A stretch of 64,000 bases of DNA from Thermoproteota archaeon (GTDB lineage: Archaea > Korarchaeota > Korarchaeia > Korarchaeales > Korarchaeaceae), in contig WALU01000032.1 in assembly GCA_015522685.1 (NCBI GenBank), positions 1 to 64,000 of the forward strand. The letters run 5' to 3'. Numbering within the stretch: position 1 is the first letter of the stretch; each line of letters opens with the position of its first letter. The notes below the pieces were generated by a model. The model did not search any database, had not been told where the DNA came from, and worked only from the letters and a program-made list of their open reading frames with translations. Shown here one piece after another: positions 19,421-28,212 of the stretch. The position numbers were made by a program, and so were the translations under genes.

Positions 19421-20431
19421 GTGGTTAAGCTACTGATGGGCTACGAGGGAACGCCCCGCATTGGAAAAAAGAGCATACTGCTACTTCTGCTGGGTATAAC
19501 TCTAATGATACCTTTACTTGCAGCATTTGATTTAAATAAAGCGATAAGAAGCTTAAGGGTCATAGGCCTAATTCCAGTAATCCTATCCTTCATATCGATT
19601 CATTTAGGGGTTTTCTTCTATAATACTGGTTGGTATGAACTTCTAGAAAGGAGAGCTCCCTTCAAGGATGTATTTTTAATAGGATGGACAAGCCTATTCA
19701 TAAACTTGCTAATACCGGCAGGATCTACTACAGGTGAAGTGGCTAGAACGTATTTTATAACCAAAAAATCCAAAATTTCCCTAGGACAGGCGCTATCAAC
19801 AATAGTTGCTCATAGAGTAGTAATGATAGTGCCATTTATAGTAAGCATAGTGTTAGGTATGTCCTACCTCGTGAGCCTAACCGGTTTGGAGCATAATACT
19901 TTAATCACAATAATAGTATCTATCATAATGCTTGCTATCTCCTTCTACTTAATATATAAATTGAGTATGGAAGAAAGCAGGCTTCTTAGTCTAATAGAAT
20001 TCTTTGAGAGGAAGCTGGGAAGAGATTTTATTAAACTAAAAGAGATAGTAATAGAATACTCGAAGGCCTTCAGAAATCTAATGAGGAAGAGGAGGGAATT
20101 AGCAATCTCATTAATCTGTGCATTCTTAAACTGGATATTTGATATGTTACCTATTTTCATATATTTCTATGCTCTAGGCTACTGGATAGATCCATTAATG
20201 GGAATTCTCATATACTCTGTCTCAATAATCATGGTTTTAATTCCAATAGGCATACCAGGAAATACTGGTATAAGGGAATGGGTGATGACAGGTCTCCTTT
20301 CTGCTATGGGATTTAATAGAGGAGACGCTTTAGCTATAACACTTGTTTCTTCAACAATTACTGTGTTTTTGAATGAGTTAGTGTTTGGGTTTATAGCATA
20401 TTTGCTAGTGCTCAGAGGCATACACAGATAA
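19421..20431 (+). CDS. flippase-like (lysylphosphatidylglycerol synthase TM domain, UPF0104) membrane protein
   Basis: Multiple TM segments; FINLLIPAG..GEVAR and PGNTGIRE motifs. Confidence 0.82.
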   Translation: MVKLLMGYEGTPRIGKKSILLLLLGITLMIPLLAAFDLNKAIRSLRVIGLIPVILSFISIHLGVFFYNTGWYELLERRAPFKDVFLIGWTSLFINLLIPAGSTTGEVARTYFITKKSKISLGQALSTIVAHRVVMIVPFIVSIVLGMSYLVSLTGLEHNTLITIIVSIIMLAISFYLIYKLSMEESRLLSLIEFFERKLGRDFIKLKEIVIEYSKAFRNLMRKRRELAISLICAFLNWIFDMLPIFIYFYALGYWIDPLMGILIYSVSIIMVLIPIGIPGNTGIREWVMTGLLSAMGFNRGDALAITLVSSTITVFLNELVFGFIAYLLVLRGIHR

Positions 20432-20480
20432 CTTGAAACTTTTTCAGTAATATAAGCTATTGGACAAGGGGGTCTGCTTT

Positions 20481-21650
20481 ATGCCTGTGTTTGCATCTAG
20501 AGTGAATTCTCTCGGTGTTGAGGGAGCTTTTGCAGTTCTTGCTAAAGCTAAGGAGCTAGAGAGGCAAGGAAGGAGTATAGTACACTTGGAGATCGGAGAA
20601 CCAGGATACCAGCCACCGAATCATGTTCTTGAAGCGACTAAAAAAGCACTAGATGAAGGGAAAACGAAATATACTCCTTCAGCCGGCATTTATGAGCTTA
20701 GAGAGGCCATAGCCGAGAGAGTATCCAGTACAAGAGGTATAGATGTCTCGTCCGAGAATGTAGTGGTTACTGTTGGGGCTAAAATGGCAATATTTGCTGC
20801 GATAATGGCATTTATAGATCCAGGGGACGAAGTAATAGTACCTATGCCTGTTTATCCATCCTATGAAAGTGTGACAAAGTTTGTAGGAGGAATAGTAAAA
20901 CCAGTGGCCTTGAAAGAAGAAAGAGCTTTCTCTCCTGATGTTAATGATATACTAGCTCAGGTCACTGATAAGACAAAGGCCATAGCGATTAATACTCCCG
21001 GTAATCCAACAGGAGGGATTTATCAAAGGAAAGACCTTGAAAAGATCGTGAATCTCGCTAGGGAGAAGAATATACTAATAATATCAGATGAAATTTATGA
21101 GGATATAATATTTGATGGAGGGAAACATAAGAGCGTTCTATCTATACCTGGGGCTGAGGATATTACAATTCTAATTAGCGGATTTAGCAAGACATGGGCC
21201 ATGACAGGTTACAGGCTAGGATATGCTGTGGCGAAGAAGGAAATAGCTGATATATTAGCTAAAATTCAGTCAAATGCTGTATCATGTCCACCCAATTTCA
21301 CTCAAGTAGCTGCAATACAGGCCATTAGAGGGCCCCAAGATGAAGTAATTGAAATGATAAAGGACTATCAGAGGAAGAGAGATGTGATATTTGATGAAAT
21401 AAATAAGATAAAGGGATTTAGAATGATCAAACCTGCTGCCACTTTCTATGCATTTCCTAATATAAAGGGAACAGGAATGTCTTCTAACGAGCTGGCCAAT
21501 CGATTGCTAGATGAAGATGGAGTAGCTCTGTTACCAGGTACCGCCTTTGGTGATTATGGAGAAGGTTATCTCAGGATATCCTTTGCTGGTCCCATGGAGG
21601 ATATAATAGAGGGTATGAAAAGAATAAGAGAATTTGTATCTAGTCTATAG
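20481..21650 (+). CDS. PLP-dependent class I/II (aspartate-type) aminotransferase
   Basis: LEIGEP, NTPGNPTG, SDEIY and SGFSKTWAMTGYRLG motifs. Confidence 0.92.
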   Translation: MPVFASRVNSLGVEGAFAVLAKAKELERQGRSIVHLEIGEPGYQPPNHVLEATKKALDEGKTKYTPSAGIYELREAIAERVSSTRGIDVSSENVVVTVGAKMAIFAAIMAFIDPGDEVIVPMPVYPSYESVTKFVGGIVKPVALKEERAFSPDVNDILAQVTDKTKAIAINTPGNPTGGIYQRKDLEKIVNLAREKNILIISDEIYEDIIFDGGKHKSVLSIPGAEDITILISGFSKTWAMTGYRLGYAVAKKEIADILAKIQSNAVSCPPNFTQVAAIQAIRGPQDEVIEMIKDYQRKRDVIFDEINKIKGFRMIKPAATFYAFPNIKGTGMSSNELANRLLDEDGVALLPGTAFGDYGEGYLRISFAGPMEDIIEGMKRIREFVSSL

Positions 21651-22178
21651 ATCTATAACCTCTGCATCTTTTTCTCTTGTATCTAGTATTACGATCGTCC
21701 TCCTACCAGTTAACTTCCCACAAACCTCTCCTGGGTTTATTACCATGGAAGAGTCGATCTTCTCTATATGTAACTCATGAGTGTGGCCATAAAGTACAAA
21801 CTCGTACTTCTCACTGGAGGCGGCCTGAATAGCTATAAATTCTGTTAAATCTTTAGATCCAAATCCATGAAAAATTAAGGTTTTCTTCTCATTGAGTTCA
21901 ATCTCAGTTGGGCTAGAATAGTAAATATTATTGCTTTCTAGGGTCATTATAGTTACTAAGGACTCAGCATCATTGTTACCTCTCAACAATATGAAAGGAA
22001 TACCTGAGTTTATAATAGGCTTTAATGCAAACGGAGATACTAGATCACCTAAATGGATAATCTCATCGACTCCAGTTCTCTGGAGAATCTCCATAGCTCT
22101 CTCTAAGGAATTTAAATCATCATGAGAGTCAGACAGAATACCTACTAACAACAGGATCACCTCTCCAAAGAGGATCAT
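21645..22178 (-). CDS. metallophosphoesterase, YfcE/MJ0936 family
   Basis: SDSH, HLGD, GNND, YGHTH and NPGE motifs. The true start is probably a TTG about 9 codons in. Confidence 0.9.
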   Translation of the reverse strand: MILFGEVILLLVGILSDSHDDLNSLERAMEILQRTGVDEIIHLGDLVSPFALKPIINSGIPFILLRGNNDAESLVTIMTLESNNIYYSSPTEIELNEKKTLIFHGFGSKDLTEFIAIQAASSEKYEFVLYGHTHELHIEKIDSSMVINPGEVCGKLTGRRTIVILDTREKDAEVIDL

Positions 22179-22179
22179 C

Positions 22180-22923
22180 TTACCTATCTAAAACTTGTGC
22201 CTTATGGATAGATTCTAAAAGATACTTCTTCCCCTCCGGGGTTGAAAATAGGGGGGGATTCCAATCTTCCTCCACGCTTCTCCTTCGAACCGGGCCAAAA
22301 TCTGTACTTTTTACTTTTACTATCCATCTCACCGCTATGCCTCTCCTTTGCCATGTTGGAGCATTATTTATGTTTAATCCGAGCTTCTGGAAAATTAACT
22401 CATGGAGCTCGCTAGCTTTCTTTCCCTTGAGGATACCTATAGCTTCTCTCCTGCTCAAACCTTCTCTCTCTAGCGCATTAAGGGCATAAGAATTTAAAAC
22501 ATTTCTCCAAGTCTCTGATTGCCTCCATATCATGTATTCTATGGCCTCATCCTCATTCCCGATGAGAACTGCCCTCCCATCAAAGGCCAGAGTCTCATTG
22601 AATATCTTAGACAAGCAACCAGCTGTATAAGACGCTAATATTGTAGTGAGCTTCTCTATCCTCCCTCTCCAAGGTAGGGGAGGAGCTAGAAGGAAGGAAA
22701 TCTCATCAGAGAATGTAAATGCAAAGACTAGTGGAAAACCTAACCTCATCAGTTCTGCAGGGGCGCTTGCAAGAGATCTTGCAAGCTTTACATCATAAGG
22801 CCTCTGTAGGCTCAGTTTTTCTGCTACCTTCCTGAAGTTCCACCCATCAACCCTAATTATCACAGAATAATCTTCTGGAATTCTCATACATGAAAAAATC
22901 TCTCTATCCTTCCAATTCATCAT
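22180..22923 (-). CDS. tRNA(His) guanylyltransferase Thg1 family
   Basis: IRVDGWNF, FSDEISF, FDGR, WRQ and WQRRG motifs. Confidence 0.9.
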   Translation of the reverse strand: MMNWKDREIFSCMRIPEDYSVIIRVDGWNFRKVAEKLSLQRPYDVKLARSLASAPAELMRLGFPLVFAFTFSDEISFLLAPPLPWRGRIEKLTTILASYTAGCLSKIFNETLAFDGRAVLIGNEDEAIEYMIWRQSETWRNVLNSYALNALEREGLSRREAIGILKGKKASELHELIFQKLGLNINNAPTWQRRGIAVRWIVKVKSTDFGPVRRRSVEEDWNPPLFSTPEGKKYLLESIHKAQVLDR

Positions 22924-22924
22924 G

Positions 22925-23257
22925 CTACCCGCTCAACCTGGATATCTTCTCGGCTATCTCTAATACAGCGGATTCAACATCTTCTCTATTTGTCTCTAGA
23001 GTTATAATACCCCTAGCTTCTACAACTTCCCTCAATTCGGCATCAAACTTTCTCGCTATAAGAACCTCGCAGTCCCGGAGGATCTCAAGAACGGAAGTAG
23101 GTCCCCTTTTACTTCCCTTCCTAGTGTTTACTCTCATCTCCACCTTTGTAGGGCTTCTACCTAGTACATCATAAATGGCAAAGAACTTGGCATCATGGAA
23201 GGGTCCATCCTTCAAAGTTTTACCATCATCTGTGGCAACAGCGACACGAATCGGCAA
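22925..23257 (-). CDS. NifB/NifX family (dinitrogenase FeMo-cofactor biosynthesis domain) protein
   Basis: RVAVATDDG...F..AKFFAIYD pattern. Confidence 0.78.
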   Translation of the reverse strand: MPIRVAVATDDGKTLKDGPFHDAKFFAIYDVLGRSPTKVEMRVNTRKGSKRGPTSVLEILRDCEVLIARKFDAELREVVEARGIITLETNREDVESAVLEIAEKISRLSG

Positions 23258-23337
23258 ATCATCTCATCCTCCCATGGGGCTATGCTGGATGATGGAAACA
23301 CAGCATATAATCATGCCGCCAGAAATTGCTGTTAAAT

Positions 23338-24384
23338 CTATTCATTAATCTTCCGACTTATAGAGTATATCAGATTCCTTAAAAATTCAGAGTCCACTAT
23401 TAGAGAGAGGAATCCTCTTCCTCCGAAGGCAGAGCCTTCAAAACTCCCTAAGCTAGGAACAATCCTCTCATAAAGATTCATTGAGGGATTACCTATCAAG
23501 TAAGCAAGTCCTAGTGGTGGATCATAAAAGAAAGACAAGGCATTCTTCGCGAGTTCTTCCCTCGCTATTAGTGCTAAGACGAACCTCTGATAAGGTTCCG
23601 GGGATTCCCAAGCTCCAAAGTTTCCTCTCCTGAGATAAGGCTCATCCAATATATTTTCTATCTCCTTTTGCACTTCTTTTGTCTTACTCCTTATTATGCT
23701 GGCAGTGGCAGAATTTCCACTTAAAAACCAACTTGGATCGTCAAACGATTCTTGTAGAGCGGATACGGCGAGAAGCACCCATTCTTCTCCCAGATAGGCT
23801 GAAGATATGAGAATTCGCTGTATCTTCTTTAAACGAGCTCCTTCCATGAGCTCAGGCCATGATAATAGCGCTTTTCTTTCTATGTCCATGCAGGGCTTAA
23901 TTTTGCATTTTCCATAGAATCCTGATGCCACTACCCAAGAGAGCATGTCGTTATCCTCACTCATCTGTAAAGCAATGAAATATGTTAGCAGGCTAGTAGA
24001 TATGCCTCCTATATCTGCATTTATTCTAGTGATTTTCTCTTTATAATTTGAAAGATATCGAGAGCCATGGTCAATGATAATAGTGCTCTTATAAAATTCA
24101 GTAGAAACCTGCAGCGGACCTTTTCCATGAGGTGGCAGACCTAAAAAGACAATCGAGTCACATTTTCCAACACAGGATTCTATCGCATCTAATAAATTCT
24201 CCGGAGTTGAAACTATAAAATTAGGCTCTAATCCCTTTTGCGAGGATATTTCAGCTATTATCACAGCAGAGGCTATCCCATCAGGATTTGGCGGGAAGAT
24301 TACTCCTATTCTACTTACTCCAGATATTCCAGATTCAAATAATCGGTATGCTTCTATAGCCCAAGAATCAAAATCAAGATCCAT
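23338..24384 (-). CDS. degenerate DHH-family (RecJ-like) phosphoesterase
   Basis: PPNPDGIASA (DxD motif changed to NxD), IIIDHG and STSLL motifs. Confidence 0.6.
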   Translation of the reverse strand: MDLDFDSWAIEAYRLFESGISGVSRIGVIFPPNPDGIASAVIIAEISSQKGLEPNFIVSTPENLLDAIESCVGKCDSIVFLGLPPHGKGPLQVSTEFYKSTIIIDHGSRYLSNYKEKITRINADIGGISTSLLTYFIALQMSEDNDMLSWVVASGFYGKCKIKPCMDIERKALLSWPELMEGARLKKIQRILISSAYLGEEWVLLAVSALQESFDDPSWFLSGNSATASIIRSKTKEVQKEIENILDEPYLRRGNFGAWESPEPYQRFVLALIAREELAKNALSFFYDPPLGLAYLIGNPSMNLYERIVPSLGSFEGSAFGGRGFLSLIVDSEFLRNLIYSISRKINE

Positions 24385-26863
24385 GTTTCCTTCCTCTCCT
24401 CAGCCTAATTACAAGAAGGAATGCTGAGGCTATACCAGCTCCAATGAGAAAATATATGAAGCTACTCATAATCTGATCCAGAGAGGAGAATGCATGTTCC
24501 TCCATAGAGGAGATTTCATCCTCTACATTAGATAGCATTTCGCTAGCTTTAGCATAGTATCCCTTGTTTATCAGGATTTCAATTTCTTCCAAGGTTCTTC
24601 CTATTGAATCGAGCCTTTTCTTCTCATCAGGGCTCAACCCACCAGATGTCTCCTTCAAGGTCTTGTATCTTCTCAGTAAGTCAGCTAACTTGGACCTAAG
24701 GCTTTTCTCTAAGTATCTCATATTGTTTTCACCTAGAACTTTTATCGTGACGGTATTAGAGGGCACCAGTAGGCTCCTATTAACTATTATATACGTGGGT
24801 ATGGCATATTCGCCACCCTCCTTAAATGTCCCAATAATCCTAACCCTACCTGGAGCATCACTCTCAACACTATTCCTTTTAATTCTACCGTTCGCCTCTA
24901 TAATGGCCATTTCTTTTGGAAACTCTACAGTAAGGTTTCCAGATATATCCTCAACTCTAACGTCAATGGTAACTTTTTCGCCAGGTCTTATCTCGGACTT
25001 TGATATATCAACAAAGGCTCTTCCTGAAACACCCCCTATAGGTACTTTAACTTCCTTACTATAAAGTCTCTGGAAATTCTCCCCCCTTATCTTGTAGTAA
25101 AATAGAACAGATATCTTAGCTGGGCCTATGCTCTTGGCTTTGAATAGAAAAACCATTTTCTTAGTGCTTCCTTCAGGTACATCTTTAAGAAGCTTAGATG
25201 TCTCTGAAATTGGCTCTAAATTGCTGCTAACATTGGTACTTACCAGAATTTCACTTAAGGGAACTATATTAGTTATCATAACCTTAAGTTGAACATTATC
25301 GCCGGCATTAGGGGTACCAGGAGAAACTGTAAGTAAAGTATTCATAGGATCCCTTCCTGTTGATATAATAGAGACCTTTCCTAAGTATAATGTACTTATA
25401 TGTCCAGTTTGATTCCTTAAATTCAATGAAAGCACGGCTTCATAATCTCCTATGGGAAGATTCAGAGGCAAGATGATCCTCTGAGAACTATTTCCTTGCA
25501 AATTTATGGAGAGAGGAAATCTAAGCGAGATAATCTCCCCCTTCCTGGTTGTAAGGTTCATTTGGGCATCAATGAGCGATATAGACTCTCTTGCAAAATT
25601 CGCAACTGATATGTGTAAATTGCCTTTACCTCCAATCAGGAAAACCTGAGTTCTATTGAGCAGCTTAGCTTCATATGATCTAAGGATTTCTAGAGGTCTT
25701 TTCAAACCATAAATTCCGTTCTCCGAACGTACCGTAAGATAAGCTTCCTCTTTCTTGTCTACAGAAATTAGGGGAAGAGGTAGCATTAGACGATATGGTA
25801 CTTCTAATCCTCTTAGTACAACTGCTTTTCCTCCAGGAACGTATAAGATTGCATTAGTTATATTTTTAGGCAGAGATACTGTTATAGGGATAGTTGAGCC
25901 ACCAATGCCCTCACTTGGCAGGTTCAGTCTAATATTCATCTTAAAATTGGTATCTAAAGTATAGATTGTTTTTCCAATAGTGCATGTTTCACACTTCTCA
26001 GGCGATACTACAAAATATGAGAGATGCTTTAATCTAGTTTCTTGTGTGAGGAAAGTACTGGAATTATATTTGTAGAAACAAAAGAACTCTTTTATGGGTA
26101 ATTCATTAACTTGCTTGGCAGCCAATAAATGACGACTTCTAGCATCTAGCTCTATCATTCCATTTGATATAGATATATGGATCCATCTATATGTTTTATT
26201 CTTGCTTATATTAGATGATATATCACTACTTGAAGCTCGTAAGATCCTATAGAAAGGAACCGCCGTACCATTTTTATATATTATGACTGTCGATAAGTTT
26301 CCATGTCCTGTCCAGTTTAAATGAAAGATCCAACCCTCAAATCCATCATACCAGAGGCCAAGCATTTTCTTACCCTCTACTAAAGCTTGAGCTTCCTCGC
26401 CAACTTTTGCTTCTAGTAGCTCTATTGAAGGGAGAGTACTAGATGTAATGGAGACCTCTAATATTTTTTCTTGGAAAACTTTAACTAAGAATGGACCTAC
26501 TAGCCCATACTCTGTTAGATTCGAAGCAGATCTGAGGATAGTAGTATTTCCTTGGCTAGCAGGTTTGTATATGGGAGAGGATTTCCTAAGAACAAATGTC
26601 ACATTGTTTCCGTTTATTAATACTGCGTTAAATGTAGAATTATGATCTATTAGATCGAATAATCCATTCCCATTTATCTTGGCTAATATATGTAACTCAT
26701 ATACATCTGCCTCTACGCTCTTTAAATGAATGGAACTATTAGTATTAGGAACTAATATGTCACCGTAGTATTTAGCGCAGCCTATAGGCTGCGCTAAAAT
26801 CCTTGGCATGCTTGCAAATAGCACTAGTAACACTGTTATTATCACTAGAGTTCTTTTTTCCAC
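24374..26863 (-). CDS. large secreted, membrane-anchored protein (S-layer/Ig-like domains, coiled coil)
   Basis: Signal peptide, many NxS/T sequons, beta-rich middle, helical region, and a C-terminal TM followed by RRGRK. Confidence 0.7.
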   Translation of the reverse strand: MEKRTLVIITVLLVLFASMPRILAQPIGCAKYYGDILVPNTNSSIHLKSVEADVYELHILAKINGNGLFDLIDHNSTFNAVLINGNNVTFVLRKSSPIYKPASQGNTTILRSASNLTEYGLVGPFLVKVFQEKILEVSITSSTLPSIELLEAKVGEEAQALVEGKKMLGLWYDGFEGWIFHLNWTGHGNLSTVIIYKNGTAVPFYRILRASSSDISSNISKNKTYRWIHISISNGMIELDARSRHLLAAKQVNELPIKEFFCFYKYNSSTFLTQETRLKHLSYFVVSPEKCETCTIGKTIYTLDTNFKMNIRLNLPSEGIGGSTIPITVSLPKNITNAILYVPGGKAVVLRGLEVPYRLMLPLPLISVDKKEEAYLTVRSENGIYGLKRPLEILRSYEAKLLNRTQVFLIGGKGNLHISVANFARESISLIDAQMNLTTRKGEIISLRFPLSINLQGNSSQRIILPLNLPIGDYEAVLSLNLRNQTGHISTLYLGKVSIISTGRDPMNTLLTVSPGTPNAGDNVQLKVMITNIVPLSEILVSTNVSSNLEPISETSKLLKDVPEGSTKKMVFLFKAKSIGPAKISVLFYYKIRGENFQRLYSKEVKVPIGGVSGRAFVDISKSEIRPGEKVTIDVRVEDISGNLTVEFPKEMAIIEANGRIKRNSVESDAPGRVRIIGTFKEGGEYAIPTYIIVNRSLLVPSNTVTIKVLGENNMRYLEKSLRSKLADLLRRYKTLKETSGGLSPDEKKRLDSIGRTLEEIEILINKGYYAKASEMLSNVEDEISSMEEHAFSSLDQIMSSFIYFLIGAGIASAFLLVIRLRRGRKHGS

Positions 26864-26934
26864 ATTCTCAAACCTCCTATAGTAAGAGCCTATTTTATGT
26901 TTGAACGACTACTAACGAATTTTTATCATAAATT

Positions 26935-28212
26935 TTAAGGCAATATTTTCTCAGGATCTCTAGGAAATAGCGTAGCTTCTTTGATATTATTGAGATCAAG
27001 CAGCTTCATAGCTAATCTCTCTATTCCTATAGCAAATCCTCCATGGGGAGGGGCCCCATATGCGAAAAATTTAGTGAACCATTCTAAGCTCTTAGGATCT
27101 AGACCTTTCTCTATAATTTGGGAGATAAGTACATCATACCTATGTTCTCTCTGGCCACCGGAGCTAAGCTCCAATCCCTTATATAGTAAATCTACGCTTC
27201 TGGCCCACATACCGCCCTCTTTCATGACATAGAAAGGCTTTACCTTGAAAGGAAATCTATTTACAAAGAAGAAATTAGCATGATAGTCCTGCTTAATGTA
27301 CTCCCAAAGAAGTTTCTCTGATTCTGTGTCATAATCATCTCCATACCTTATTTCTTTTCCCATTTCCTCCAATATATCATATACTTGTGGAAATCTTAGC
27401 TCAGGAAAAGGTGTTTCAGGCAAACTCATCTCGATATTTAGAATTCTCAGTTCCTTCTTCCTTTCCTCTATAACCCTCCTCATTCCAGCTTTAATGAGCT
27501 CTTCTTCTACTCTCATAGTATCCTGCTCATTCTCTATGAAAGCCATTTCTACAGCCATTGACCTAAATTCGCTTAAATGCCTAGGAGTATGACTGAGCTC
27601 CGCCCTCCAATTAACTCCTAAGTCATATATTCTCTCAAATCCTCCTAATATTGTTAGCTGCCTGTGAAGCTGTGGATCTTGCCTCAAATAGGCATTTCTA
27701 TTGAAGTATTGTACCTTAAATACCTCTGCTCCGCTTTCACTAGCGGCTCCTATTATAGCAGGGGTAAATACTCTCATAAAACCGTTATTTCTAAGCCAAT
27801 CTTCCATTCCATTGATAAGAGAAAATTCTATCTTAAATATAGCCTGAATTTCCGGTCTTCTAAGATCTAAAGGCCTATTATCTAGTCTAGTGGGGAGTAA
27901 AGCAGGAACTTTCCAATTGGGATCTAGAGGGAGCTTAGACTGAGAAACTGAGTGAATTTTAATGATTCTAGGTAATATCTCTCTATCAACGGACTTAGCT
28001 CTTTTTTCTTTTAATTCTCTGCCTGTAGCTTCTATAACTGACTCCTGAGTAAGACCTTCTGTAATATCAAAGAGGTTATCTGGTGTAACGCCTCTTTTAA
28101 GGGTCAATTGCACTTTTTCATTCCAATTCCTTATAACTATGAATCTAACCTTCCCCAAATCCCTTATTTCACTGACCCAGCCATGGACCTTTACTCCACT
28201 TTCTTTATCCAT
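26935..28212 (-). CDS. aspS: aspartyl-tRNA synthetase (archaeal type)
   Basis: GWVSEIRDLG OB fold, WRAE, ELSSGGQREH and PPHGGFAIGIER motifs. ATG at 28212 overlaps the end of ileS. Confidence 0.92.
   Translation of the reverse strand: MDKESGVKVHGWVSEIRDLGKVRFIVIRNWNEKVQLTLKRGVTPDNLFDITEGLTQESVIEATGRELKEKRAKSVDREILPRIIKIHSVSQSKLPLDPNWKVPALLPTRLDNRPLDLRRPEIQAIFKIEFSLINGMEDWLRNNGFMRVFTPAIIGAASESGAEVFKVQYFNRNAYLRQDPQLHRQLTILGGFERIYDLGVNWRAELSHTPRHLSEFRSMAVEMAFIENEQDTMRVEEELIKAGMRRVIEERKKELRILNIEMSLPETPFPELRFPQVYDILEEMGKEIRYGDDYDTESEKLLWEYIKQDYHANFFFVNRFPFKVKPFYVMKEGGMWARSVDLLYKGLELSSGGQREHRYDVLISQIIEKGLDPKSLEWFTKFFAYGAPPHGGFAIGIERLAMKLLDLNNIKEATLFPRDPEKILP

Noticed and set aside
23281-23307. TATGCTG/CAGCATA hairpin upstream of the NifX-like gene
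   Set aside because: A single 7-bp stem is too weak to call a riboswitch or sRNA.
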